Positions 10,655 through 20,289 of a DNA stretch of 49,191 nt are shown piece after piece. The DNA is from Octopus bimaculoides (Eukaryota). The notes under the pieces are model-generated. The model made no database searches. It saw only the letters and a program-made list of their open reading frames with translations, and was not told where the DNA came from. Each line of letters starts with the position of its first letter. The first letter of the stretch is position 1. Position numbers and translations under genes: made by a program. Location: contig NC_068986.1 in assembly GCF_001194135.2 (NCBI RefSeq), positions 63,631,583 to 63,680,773 of the forward strand, in the 5' to 3' direction.

Positions 10655-10710
10655 TCATGGCTCAATGTTATGAAATCATAAGTTTTCGATTTCATAACAT
10701 TGAGTCATGA
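10655..10710. other. Near-perfect 23-bp hairpin with 10-nt loop
   Basis: tcatggctcaatgttatgaaatc / gatttcataacattgagtcatga; one G-U pair on the + strand. Confidence 0.9.
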
Positions 10711-11589
10711 GATATATTGAAATGGATTAGATAATCTTTATGTACACAAATAAGATTTCTGTACTTTTTCACCTAAAATATTATANNNNNNNNNNNNNNN
10801 NNNNNNNNNNNNNNNNNNNNNNNNNNNNNNNNNNNNNNNNNNNNNNNNNNNNNNNNNNNNNNNNNNNNNNNNNNNNNNNNNNNNNNNNNNNNNNNNNNNN
10901 NNNNNNNNNNNNNNNNNNNNNNNNNNNNNNNNNNNNNNNNNNNNNNNNNNNNNNNNNNNNNNNNNNNNNNNNNNNNNNNNNNNNNNNNNNNNNNNNNNNN
11001 NNNNNNNNNNNNNNNNNNNNNNNNNNNNNNNNNNNNNNNNNNNNNNNNNNNNNNNNNNNNNNNNNNNNNNNNNNNNNNNNNNNNNNNNNNNNNNNNNNNN
11101 NNNNNNNNNNNNNNNNNNNNNNNNNNNNNNNNNNNNNNNNNNNNNNNNNNNNNNNNNNNNNNNNNNNNNNNNNNNNNNNNNNNNNNNNNNNNNNNNNNNN
11201 NNNNNNNNNNNNNNNNNNNNNNNNNNNNNNNNNNNNNNNNNNNNNNNNNNNNNNNNNNNNNNNNNNNNNNNNNNNNNNNNNNNNNNNNNNNNNNNNNNNN
11301 NNNNNNNNNNNNNNNNNNNNNNNNNNNNNNNNNNNNNNNNNNNNNNNNNNNNNNNNNNNNNNNNNNNNNNNNNNNNNNNNNNNNNNNNNNNNNNNNNNNN
11401 NNNNNNNNATATATATAGGGATAACAGCAATAAAGTGTCGGTTATAAATGATTATTCTCATCTCTACTACTACTACTACTACTACTGTTGTTGCAACACA
11501 AAAGAAAACAACCTGAAACATAATCATGCCAACACAATTACCATCACCATCACTCATTACAGCACATAATCACATCAAACATCATTATG

Positions 11590-11625
<36 letters not shown>

Positions 11626-11629
<4 letters not shown>

Positions 11630-12526
11630 AGGTCTGATCAATGAGTACCTGGACTGTTGCCATAGTAACGAAGCTAAAGCACACAGAGTGAAGCCATTTG
11701 GTACAAATTGACCTTGAACTCTGCTGTGCATGTGCACAAAGTTTTAACATTCTAGCTCACTTCCGTTGTTTACAACAGTGCTTGAAAATAACATGTGTAA
11801 TGTGTGATCGCTGCATTGACCAAGACAGAGAAAGTTGTTATGGCGATACCTGTTCATAGGCCTATGCAAATTTGCAGAAAGTGTATGGAGAGGGGTGTAT
11901 GAACCACACACAAGTGTACGAGTGATTCATACTTTTCCAATATGGCCAAAAAAATGTCGATAGTGATGAACATTCTGGGAGCCCTGCAACCAGCAGAGCT
12001 GAGAAAAACAGCACAGATTTTCATGCAGCTGTGAGGGGAAATCATCGAATCACCAGCCGTGAGTTATCAGAGGATGTGCAGATTAGTTACAGTTCAGTTC
12101 GGTCCTAACCCTAACCACTGAAGATTTGGGTATGAGACACATGTCTGCCAAGTTTGTGCCAAAACTGCTTTCAGCTTACCAAAAAGACACTTGGATTTCA
12201 GTTGCACAAGATCTTGATTGTGTTGAAAATGATGAAAGAATTTTTAAAACATTGCATAGGCCTCTAAAGAGGTATCACCAAGCTTTTGGCAAAATTTGAT
12301 GCAGATTCTCTGCTCAACTTTGTCTGTCATGGTCAATACGACAAACACACGCTACACACGTTACTTCCAAACACTGTTGTGAACAACATAAATGAGCTAG
12401 AATGTTACAACTTAGTGCACATGTACAGCAGAGTTTAAGATCAATCTGTGCTGAGCAGCTTCACTCTGTGTGCTTTAGCTTCGTTACTATGGCAGTAGTC
12501 CGGATACTTATTGATCAGACCACATA
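11626..12526 (+). mobile_element. Non-autonomous mariner derivative built from two inverted 5' ends (copy 1)
   Basis: About 190-bp inverted arms. The left arm continues into the transposase N-terminus (..KVYGE..EHSGSP..FVPKLLS); the right arm carries an inverted MTDKVEQRICIKFCQKLGDT. Confidence 0.85.
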
Positions 12527-12594
12527 TATACATACATACATATATATTAATTGTGTATCATTTCTCCATATTTTTTTGTCCTTGTTTTTGTATA

Positions 12595-12838
12595 CCTTCA
12601 CTCACTTTCTTCCAAGGAGTCGAGGGCTCTTAGCTTAAATTTTCTTGGGGCTGGCCAAATTGGAGCAGTCTTGAGTGTAACCAGCCGAAACTGCTAAGAT
12701 GATCTGGAATTCGACTGAAGATAGGAAGCTCTGAATGACCCGTCCTTGTTTTTTCCTGTCCTTTTTTGTATTGTCTAACTGTCTGGATGTTTTGTTGTCG
12801 CACATTACGTTCTTGTTCCATTTTTCGTTTTCCTTATA
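12595..12838. repeat. Possible retroelement terminal fragment, unclassified
   Basis: GC-richer segment with a T-rich tail running into a gap; no second copy in the window. Confidence 0.25.
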
Positions 12839-13113
12839 TNNNNNNNNNNNNNNNNNNNNNNNNNNNNNNNNNNNNNNNNNNNNNNNNNNNNNNNNNNNNN
12901 NNNNNNNNNNNNNNNNNNNNNNNNNNNNNNNNNNNNNNNNNNNNNNNNNNNNNNNNNNNNNNNNNNNNNNNNNNNNNNNNNNNNNNNNNNNNNNNNNNNN
13001 NNNNNNNNNNNNNNNNNNNNNNNNNNNNNNNNNNNNNNNNNNNNNNNNNNNNNNNNNNNNNNNNNNNNNNNNNNNNNNNNNNNNNATATATATATATATA
13101 TATAAGGTTGTTA

Positions 13114-13316
13114 GTTATAGACAGTTAGAGAGTAGCCATTGGTTTTGCACCTATAAAGGGCTTAGCTATATAGGTGACTTGTCAGCCTCAAATGGCCAAA
13201 GGCACATAAACATGTATACAAATGTGTTTCTGGCCATTTGAGTTTGATGGGTCACCTAATACAGCTAAGTGCCTTGTTGGTGCTAAATCAATGGTCACTC
13301 TCTGACCGCCTATAAC
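13114..13316. mobile_element. Old hairpin element (MITE-like), arms about 95 bp
   Basis: gttatagacagttagagagtagccattgg..ctcaaatggccaaaggcacat pairs with atgtgtttctggccatttgag..caatggtcactctctgaccgcctataac. Confidence 0.75.
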
Positions 13317-13396
13317 AAAAGAACCTAAATATTACTACTCTAATGTCTTGGAACGAGTGTTTTGTTTGGATATATGAACTACTGATTGATATATAT

Positions 13397-13413
13397 ATAT
13401 ATATAAGTATGTA

Positions 13414-13510
<97 letters not shown>
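13397..13510. repeat. (AT)n-(GT)n compound microsatellite
   Basis: Read directly; explains the HT/VC ORFs. Confidence 0.95.
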
Positions 13511-13511
<1 letters not shown>

Positions 13512-14107
13512 TATGGACACACAGACACATACATATAATCTAATATTAGATATCATTATTCATAAAGTTTATCATATACTATATAAAAGAGAAATCGTTA
13601 TCTATCTAAAATTGCACAAGAGACTACAGTGAAGACTGAATCAGACATTTAGAAATGTAAATTTCATTTGCATAGATTTTCATTTATTTCTATTTGATGC
13701 AATGTTTGTTTTCAGTTGCTGACCCATCAGAAAGGCTGTGCATAAGGTCTGTGTGCTTTTTCTGTAACAGAGTAATGGGGAATTTGGATTGCTCATTGCA
13801 TGTTAAGTTATCTTTTAATTGCTGAAGATTTGTGATAAGTGGGAACATATGAGCCAGATGAGAATTCCAGAAAGAAGCAGGATTTTGAGAAGAAAGGATT
13901 TTCAATGTTTAGAGTAGAACATGAGGAAATATATGAGTGTTGGTGTCAGAAAGTATAAAGGTAGGTGTACTAACAGCTTTTGAAGAGGGATGGTATACAG
14001 TCAGTAAGTTCAAAGAGAAGAGGCTATTGTAAATATGGAAAAGAAGATGGAATGCAGAGATGGAGCAAGACAACCAAAGAGTTGGGAATGGTGGGAGGAG
14101 GGAAGGG

Positions 14108-14207
14108 TTTAACCCTTTAGCATTTAAACCAGCTCTGTCCAGTTAAAATATTCTAGCTGTTTTATGTGCGAACCAGCCAGATATGGCCTCTCACACCTAT
14201 CCTGCAA
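14108..14207 (+). mobile_element. Probable TTAA-CCC (piggyBac-like) MITE left end, cut by the RTE insertion
   Basis: Begins ttaaccctttagcatt; family assignment is from memory of octopus repeats and is not verified. Confidence 0.35.
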
Positions 14208-15595
14208 TCATCATCATCATCATCATCGTTTAACGTCCGCTTTCCATGCTAGCATGGGTTGGACGATTTGACTGATGACTGACAAGCCAGAAGGCTGCAC
14301 CAGGCTCCAATCTGATCTGGCAGAGTTTCTACAGCTGGATGCCCTTCCTAATGCCAACCACTCCAAGAGTGTAGTGGGTGCTTTTACGTGCCACTGGCAC
14401 GAAGGCCAGTCACACAGTACTGGCAATGGCCATGCTCAAAATGTTTTTTTTTTACATGCCACCTGCACGGGAGCCAGTCCAGCGGCACTGGCAATGACCT
14501 CGCTCGAAGGATTTTCTAACATTCCACCAGCACAAGTGCTAGAAGGCAACGCTGGTAACGATTACGCTCAAATGGTGCTATTTACAGTCCACTAGCACAG
14601 AAGCCAGACAGCTGCTCTGGCAATGAACACACGCGACAGTGCTGTTAGTGCTCCACTGGTGTGGTGCCAGTCATCAAGTATGGTTCAATTACGATTTAAC
14701 TTGCCCCAACAGGTCTTCGCAAGCAGAGTTTAGTGTCCAATGAAGGAGAGGTTGGCATGGGTGCCAGTCGTCGGATTCGGTTCGATTTCGATTTCAGATT
14801 TCAAATTTCAAATTCCAAATTCACTTGCTTCAACAGGTTTTCGCAAACAGGGTTTTTAGTGTTCACTGAAGTAAAGATACAGATTAGTGAGCTGGCTATA
14901 CTTCTGACAGAGATCACAGATTATGCTCTCACTTGCCTTGCCAGATCTTCTCATGTACTGCATATTTCCAATGGTCCTGGTCACTAGTCATTGCTTCGGT
15001 GAGGCCTAAAGTTCGAAAGTCATGCTTCACCACCTCATCCCAGTTCTTCCTGGGTCTACCTCTTCCACAGGTTCCCTCAACTGCTAGGGTGTGGCACATT
15101 TTCACACAGCTATCCTCATTCATTCTTGCCACATGTCCATACCAGCACAATCGTCTTTCTTGCATACCACAACTGATGCTTCTTAGGTCTAACTTTTCTC
15201 TCAAGGTACTTACACTCTGTCGAGTATGCACACTTACATTACACATCCATCAGAGCATACTGGCTTTGTTTCTTGCAAACTTATGCATGTCCTCAGCAGT
15301 CACGGCCCATGTTTCACTGCCATGTAACATGGCTGTTCATACACATACATCATACAGTCTGCCTTTTACTCTGAGTGAGAGGCCCTTTGTCACCAGCAGA
15401 GGTAAGAGCTCTCTAAACTTTGCCCAGGTTATTCTTATTCTAGCAGCTACACTTTCAGTGCACCCTCCCCCGCAACAAACTTGGTCACCTAGGTAGCGAA
15501 AGCTATCAACAACTTCTAGTTTTTCACCCTTGAGTGTGGTAAAGGTTGCTTTCTGCACATTCTCAGTGTTTATTGCTCCTGAGCATCTGCCACAT
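14208..15595 (-). mobile_element. 5'-truncated RTE-clade LINE
   Basis: RT C-terminus ..VVDSFRYLGD..WAKFRELLPLL..MCNVSV..RRLCWYGHVARM..GRGRPRKNW.., then a 3' UTR with tandem units and a (GAT)n tail. Confidence 0.92.
14929..15590 (-). pseudogene. RTE reverse transcriptase C-terminal region
   Basis: ORF-track segments 15337-15804 and 14929-15246 on the minus strand carry the F.YLG and RRL.WYGHV.RM motifs. Confidence 0.88.
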
Positions 15596-15616
15596 ACATT
15601 AAAAAAATAAACAATC

Positions 15617-15750
15617 AGGTGCAGATGTGGCTGTATGGTAAGAAGTTGCTTCCTAGCAACATGGTTCAGATTCAATCCCATTGCACGACTGACCAAAGCC
15701 TTTTGAGTGGATTTGGTAGATGGAAACTGAAAAAAGCCTGTCGTATATAT
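15617..15750 (+). mobile_element. CORE-type SINE, internally deleted 5' part
   Basis: ggtgcagatgtggctgtatggtaag..gaccaaagccttttgagtggatttggtagatggaaactgaaa. Confidence 0.75.
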
Positions 15751-15789
15751 ATGAATATATATATATATGTATATATATATATATCTGTA

Positions 15790-16662
15790 AGTAATATGTG
15801 ACAATTACTCGGTAGCTATGATAAAACTCCGAGTTTCGGATGTCGGGGTGGAAACCGATGCTGCCATCTCTTCAGTTATCTGGCCATCGAAAAAATGCTA
15901 TGGAAATGACTGTTACACAAAGGGATATTACTTTGTGATTGACCATTATTAAAACAAAAGAGTTATTAGAATGACTGCTAAGTGAGGGGAGGGAGTAAAG
16001 GTAAGGGAGTAAAAATGTCCATAGAATTTGTGTAAGTGCATACATACACATGCGCGCCCGCACTGCTGGCAGGTGTATAGGTCATTTCCTTGCTAAATCC
16101 ACTATCTTTAAGAGCCTTATTATATACTGGGGCAACATTATTACAAATGTCCCTATCGGAGGAGAGGCCAGAAATTCTTTTGCTAATGTTTTTAACTAAA
16201 TTTTTAAACACTATGGGGGGATGGCAGGAATCCACATTAATATAACTAAGTCTATCGTTGGGCTTCCTATAAGGTTTGTAAATATTCTTATTCAGATCTA
16301 AGGGTACATCTAGGAAATTGACAACTGTCAGATTAGTATCTGTAGTTATGCTAAGGCCAAAAGTTTTCATCAAATGGATAATGTCCTTCCTAAACCGATC
16401 CTGTGCTAATCCATTGGTATTTGCAGGGCATCATCTTTTTAAATGGCGAAGTATACATCAGGAAAAGTCTTGCCCAACGTATCGAGTAGGAATAGTCCAA
16501 TAAGATTGCATATGCCTGCTCCATCATATGACCTCATGCTCACATCGAAAGCACCCTCTGTATCGGTAGTCTTGACCCACTCTGCATTCTTGCTGAAGAG
16601 TAAAGTCTTTCTAGCATGGAAGGTTATGTCCTTATCCTGTGTACTGATTTCTATGAATTCGC
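15790..16662 (-). mobile_element. Penelope-like element, inverted left arm (RT core/thumb fused to the 3' terminal repeat)
   Basis: The minus strand reads FDVSMRSYDGAGICNLIGLFLL..*KDDAL..NFLDVPLDL..YRKPND..SCHPP..KNISKRIS..MTYTP, then jumps at about 16063 to sequence matching 17990-18166. Confidence 0.88.
15800..15880 (-). ncRNA. Candidate type I hammerhead ribozyme in the PLE terminal repeat
   Basis: GAUAA-CUGAAGA-stem II (GAUG/CAUC plus UCGG/CCGA)-C-GAAA-CUCGG..CCGAG-UA-AUUGUC; the fold needs two single-nt bulges. Confidence 0.45.
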
Positions 16663-17502
16663 TTGTTTAAAAATTTAGTTAAAAACATTAGCAAAAGAAT
16701 TTCTAGCCTCTCCTCCGATAGGGACATTTTTAATAGCGTTGCCCCAGTATATAATAAGGCTCTAAAAGATAGTGGATATAGCAAGAAAATGACCTATACA
16801 CCTGCCACCAGTCCAATAATAAAGAAAAGGAAACATAGGAATAGGAAAACTATCTGGTTCACACCCTCCTACTCACCCAAATTGACCTTTAATATAGGCA
16901 AGTATTTCTTAGCACTGATAGATAGACATTTTCCAGTCAACAATAGTTACAGAAAGCTCTTCAATAGATATAACTTAAAAATCAGTTTCAGCACAACTAC
17001 TAATTTAAAAAATATAATCGCACACAACACACAAAAACCACAATATGAAACCAGCTGTTCATGCAGGGATAAAAATTTGTGCCTGCTAAATGGAGCTTGC
17101 CTGTCCGAGACCATCATTTATGAAGCCACCATGGACTCTATATCTACTAAGGACACAGGTTCGACGAAGAAATATGTGGGCCTTACAGAGGGTAATTTCA
17201 AGGCCAGGTTCAATAATCACACCTTGAGCTTCAGACACTGGGATAAAAGGAAAACGACCAAATCGTCCAGTCATATATGGTCCTTAAATGATAAAGGTGT
17301 CAGTTACAACATCCATTGGAAGATCTTAGCTAAGTGTAAGCCCTACACGGACGGCAGCGGAAAGTGTGGTCTTTGTGATATGGAAAGATGGTTCATCTGG
17401 AAAAGCAGCTTAGACCCTGCCACATGTCTAAATTCAAGAACTGAAATTTTGGGATCATGTCCACATGTGGCTAAATATTTGTTACATTTTTGGTGCCCCT
17501 GA
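16663..17502 (+). CDS. PLE RT thumb/linker plus GIY-YIG endonuclease (5'-truncated, frame open for 279 codons)
   Basis: IWFTPSY..IGKYFL..CSCRDKNLCLLNGAC..IIYEAT..YVGLTEGNFKARFNNH..W.IL..CGLCDME..LNSRTE. The TTG start is an inversion junction, not a real start. Confidence 0.85.
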   Translation: MFKNLVKNISKRISSLSSDRDIFNSVAPVYNKALKDSGYSKKMTYTPATSPIIKKRKHRNRKTIWFTPSYSPKLTFNIGKYFLALIDRHFPVNNSYRKLFNRYNLKISFSTTTNLKNIIAHNTQKPQYETSCSCRDKNLCLLNGACLSETIIYEATMDSISTKDTGSTKKYVGLTEGNFKARFNNHTLSFRHWDKRKTTKSSSHIWSLNDKGVSYNIHWKILAKCKPYTDGSGKCGLCDMERWFIWKSSLDPATCLNSRTEILGSCPHVAKYLLHFWCP

Positions 17503-18317
17503 AATTACAAATCGGACTTGTTTTCTATATTGTGTCCATGTACAAACTTTTTATCTCTCTATATTTTTTACTTATATTTCTTATATATTTTTTATATTTT
17601 TTTACATATTTATAGAGATATTGGTTCATAGGTTTATTGCTCGTATTTTTTACACATATTTTTCTGTATTCTACCTTCCACCCTGTGGATGTGTGCATGT
17701 GTGCGAGTATGTGCGTATATAGACATGGGTGTGTGCGTATATAGACGTGTTTCACTCTTATTGCTTTTTTTTACAATTTTTTACACTTTTTTCTGTATTT
17801 TGCCTTTAGCCGTTTTTTTCTTGTGTATGTGCATATATAGACGTGTGTATGAACCTTTTTTGTGCATGTATGTTTGTGTGTGTGCGAGCGTGTATGTATA
17901 TATTTTTTGGCGAATGTGTGGGTGAGCATATGTGTGTTTCAAGTGAGGGTGGATGAGTATATACATATAAGCGCATGTACGTGGGTGTGGAGGCGCACAT
18001 GTGCATGTATGGACTTGTGCGCTTACACGAATTCTATGGACATTTTTACTCCCTCCCCTTACTTAGCGGTCTATAGCTCTTTTATCTTAATAACGGTCAA
18101 TCACACAGTAATTTCCCTTTGTTTAACGGTCATTTTCATAACATTTTTTCGATGGCCAGATAACTGTGTATACATCAGTTTCAGCACAACTACTAATTTT
18201 TAAAATATAATCACACACAACACACAAAAACCACAATATGAAACCAGCTGTTCATGCAGGGATAAAAATTTGTGCGTCGGTTTCCGCCCTGACATCCAAA
18301 ACTCGGAGTTTTATCAT
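16663..18317 (+). mobile_element. Penelope-like element, right arm (thumb, GIY-YIG EN, 3' UTR, terminal repeat)
   Basis: ORF remnant, then a T-rich and GT-rich 3' UTR, then a terminal repeat matching 15825-16050 in inverted orientation. Confidence 0.9.
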
Positions 18318-18356
18318 GGAAATCTGGAAACTAGTAGGTCATGTATCACACAGAAT

Positions 18357-18495
18357 CAGCATTGGTCAAACAGATCTATGATCAAAGGCATATCTTAGAC
18401 AACGTTAATCCAATATGCACTTTTTATCAAAGATGGTAGTGTGACTTAAGAAAGATTTGGCTGCTATTTCTAGTTGGTTGAGTGATATGTAGAGC
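18357..18495 (+). repeat. Unclassified interspersed repeat (same family as 2835-3030)
   Basis: ctatgatcaaaggcat..gtgtgacttaagaaagatttggctgctatttctag. Confidence 0.45.
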
Positions 18496-19826
18496 AGGCA
18501 TAGACAATCTTTATCTCTCAAAAAGTCTTATGAGAAATTTTTCACACTAATCAAAGCCATACCATAAAATAATAATTCAACAAATGCCATTTGTAGTAGA
18601 ATATACCATATTCTTTCTTAATTAAAAATACTAAAATACCAGGATGGATGGTAATGATGGCAGATACGATAGATTAGATGTATTTAATCTCATCTCTCAA
18701 GGCTCTGAGTTTAGATACTATGGGGGTTGAATATAAGCACATAGTGTACAGCTTTCACTTTCCTTCCACCCAATTTAGCACTGAAGTAAAACCATAAATG
18801 CAATTTTGCAAAATATTAATATCACTTTTTTGTAAACCTATGTGTATAAAAGCTCATACCAAGTTAATTTTCCATAGACTTATGCATACAAAAACACATT
18901 GCAGACCCATTCCTTTCAATTAGAATCTAAGGTTACATAGATAACACTTAAAGCAATTTGATGTTTGTTACAGTTTTATTGGGTGGATTCATTACTTGAC
19001 AATAGATCTTAACTAAAGATTGATGTTATTAGCAGAAAGAGTACTTGCTGGACAGGATGCATTATAGGATTAAGTCTGAGCACTTTTTTCTAACTTTAAT
19101 TCTTGCTATTGAGATGACATTGTTTTAATCCTATCATTGTCAATATGGAAAGTAATGCTTCAGACTGAATTTCATTAATCTGGCAAGATTTGAACCAAGC
19201 ACTTGCTGGATTTTCTAAAACAGCCAAACCTAGAGAAAAAATAGCAAAATAATGCACATATTGTACTGTATTAAACATTCTGAAACAATTTTCATGGGCA
19301 TAAATGTAGCTCACACTTACTTGACATCTTTATTACAAAGTTCTAATCTTGTGTCCTACTGTAAAAAAAAAAAAAAAAGGAAGTTTTTAAAAATGCAATC
19401 ATCTTACTTCACTGTCAATCCACTTAAAAAATATATTTATTTCTACATACAATCTTAATTAAACATCACACATATATTCATGTGTGATGAATATATGGGA
19501 TGCTTACATTAGGAACATTTGAGTCGTCTTCTGTGATACCTGGGGCTGAAACCTTGCTAGAAGAATTTTGGATGCATCTATGTTCAGGGGTTGTAAAAAA
19601 TTAATTGATGAAAAATTAATTGGTCCAATTAATTGATTGGAGTCATACTGCCAATTAAATAATTGACTGCTATCATATCAATTAAATGCAATTAATTGCA
19701 GTTCGTTGCAACGTTGTCAGTGAAAGTTTTTCAAATGACTCATACTTCATTCAACGTTCAATTGACAAATACAGTGTTCTATTATTATTTGAGGTATTGT
19801 GTTGCCACTTTGTTCTGACTACTGAT

Positions 19827-20115
19827 AATGATTCATACATTCTGTCATGCTTAGGAATTGACTGTTGTGTATGTTGTCAAGTGTTGATGCTTGATTCAGG
19901 CTACTGAGAATGATACACATTCTATCATGCTTGGGAACTGGCTAATATGTATGTTGTCAAATAACCGCTGTCAATTGTTTACACTTGGTTAGGACTGCCA
20001 AAAATGATTCACACATTTTGTCATGTTTGGGAATTGGCTATTGTGTATGTTGTCAAATAATCACACTTGAGTGATTCTTGGTTCTGACCGCCAAGAATGA
20101 TTCACACATTCTGTC
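19827..20115. repeat. Degenerate 82-94-bp tandem units in the hAT 5' region
   Basis: aatgattcacacattctgtcatgcttgggaattggct..tgtatgttgtcaa starts at 19827, 19909, 20003 and (partially) 20096. Confidence 0.8.
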
Positions 20116-20289
20116 TTCAAGTCATTAAATTGTAACTTCACCTGCAATACAGTTGTATCTTGAATTCTGCTCCAACATATCAACTGAATCAGACTTTCAT
20201 CAGTGGAATGGTGAAATATCTTTTGTTTTAAACTAACCCATGCTGTATGAAAACAAGCAAATTGTCAGAAAATATTTTAACCAAACAGA

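Noticed and set aside
12705-12745. CUGAAGA-U-AGG-AAGC-UCU-GAAU-GAC-CC-GUC as another hammerhead
   Set aside because: It has GAAU instead of GAAA and no valid U16.1-H17 with stem I; too many departures to call.
19464-19489. 10-bp hairpin catcacacat/atgtgtgatg
   Set aside because: Low-complexity CA/TG content makes it likely to occur by chance.
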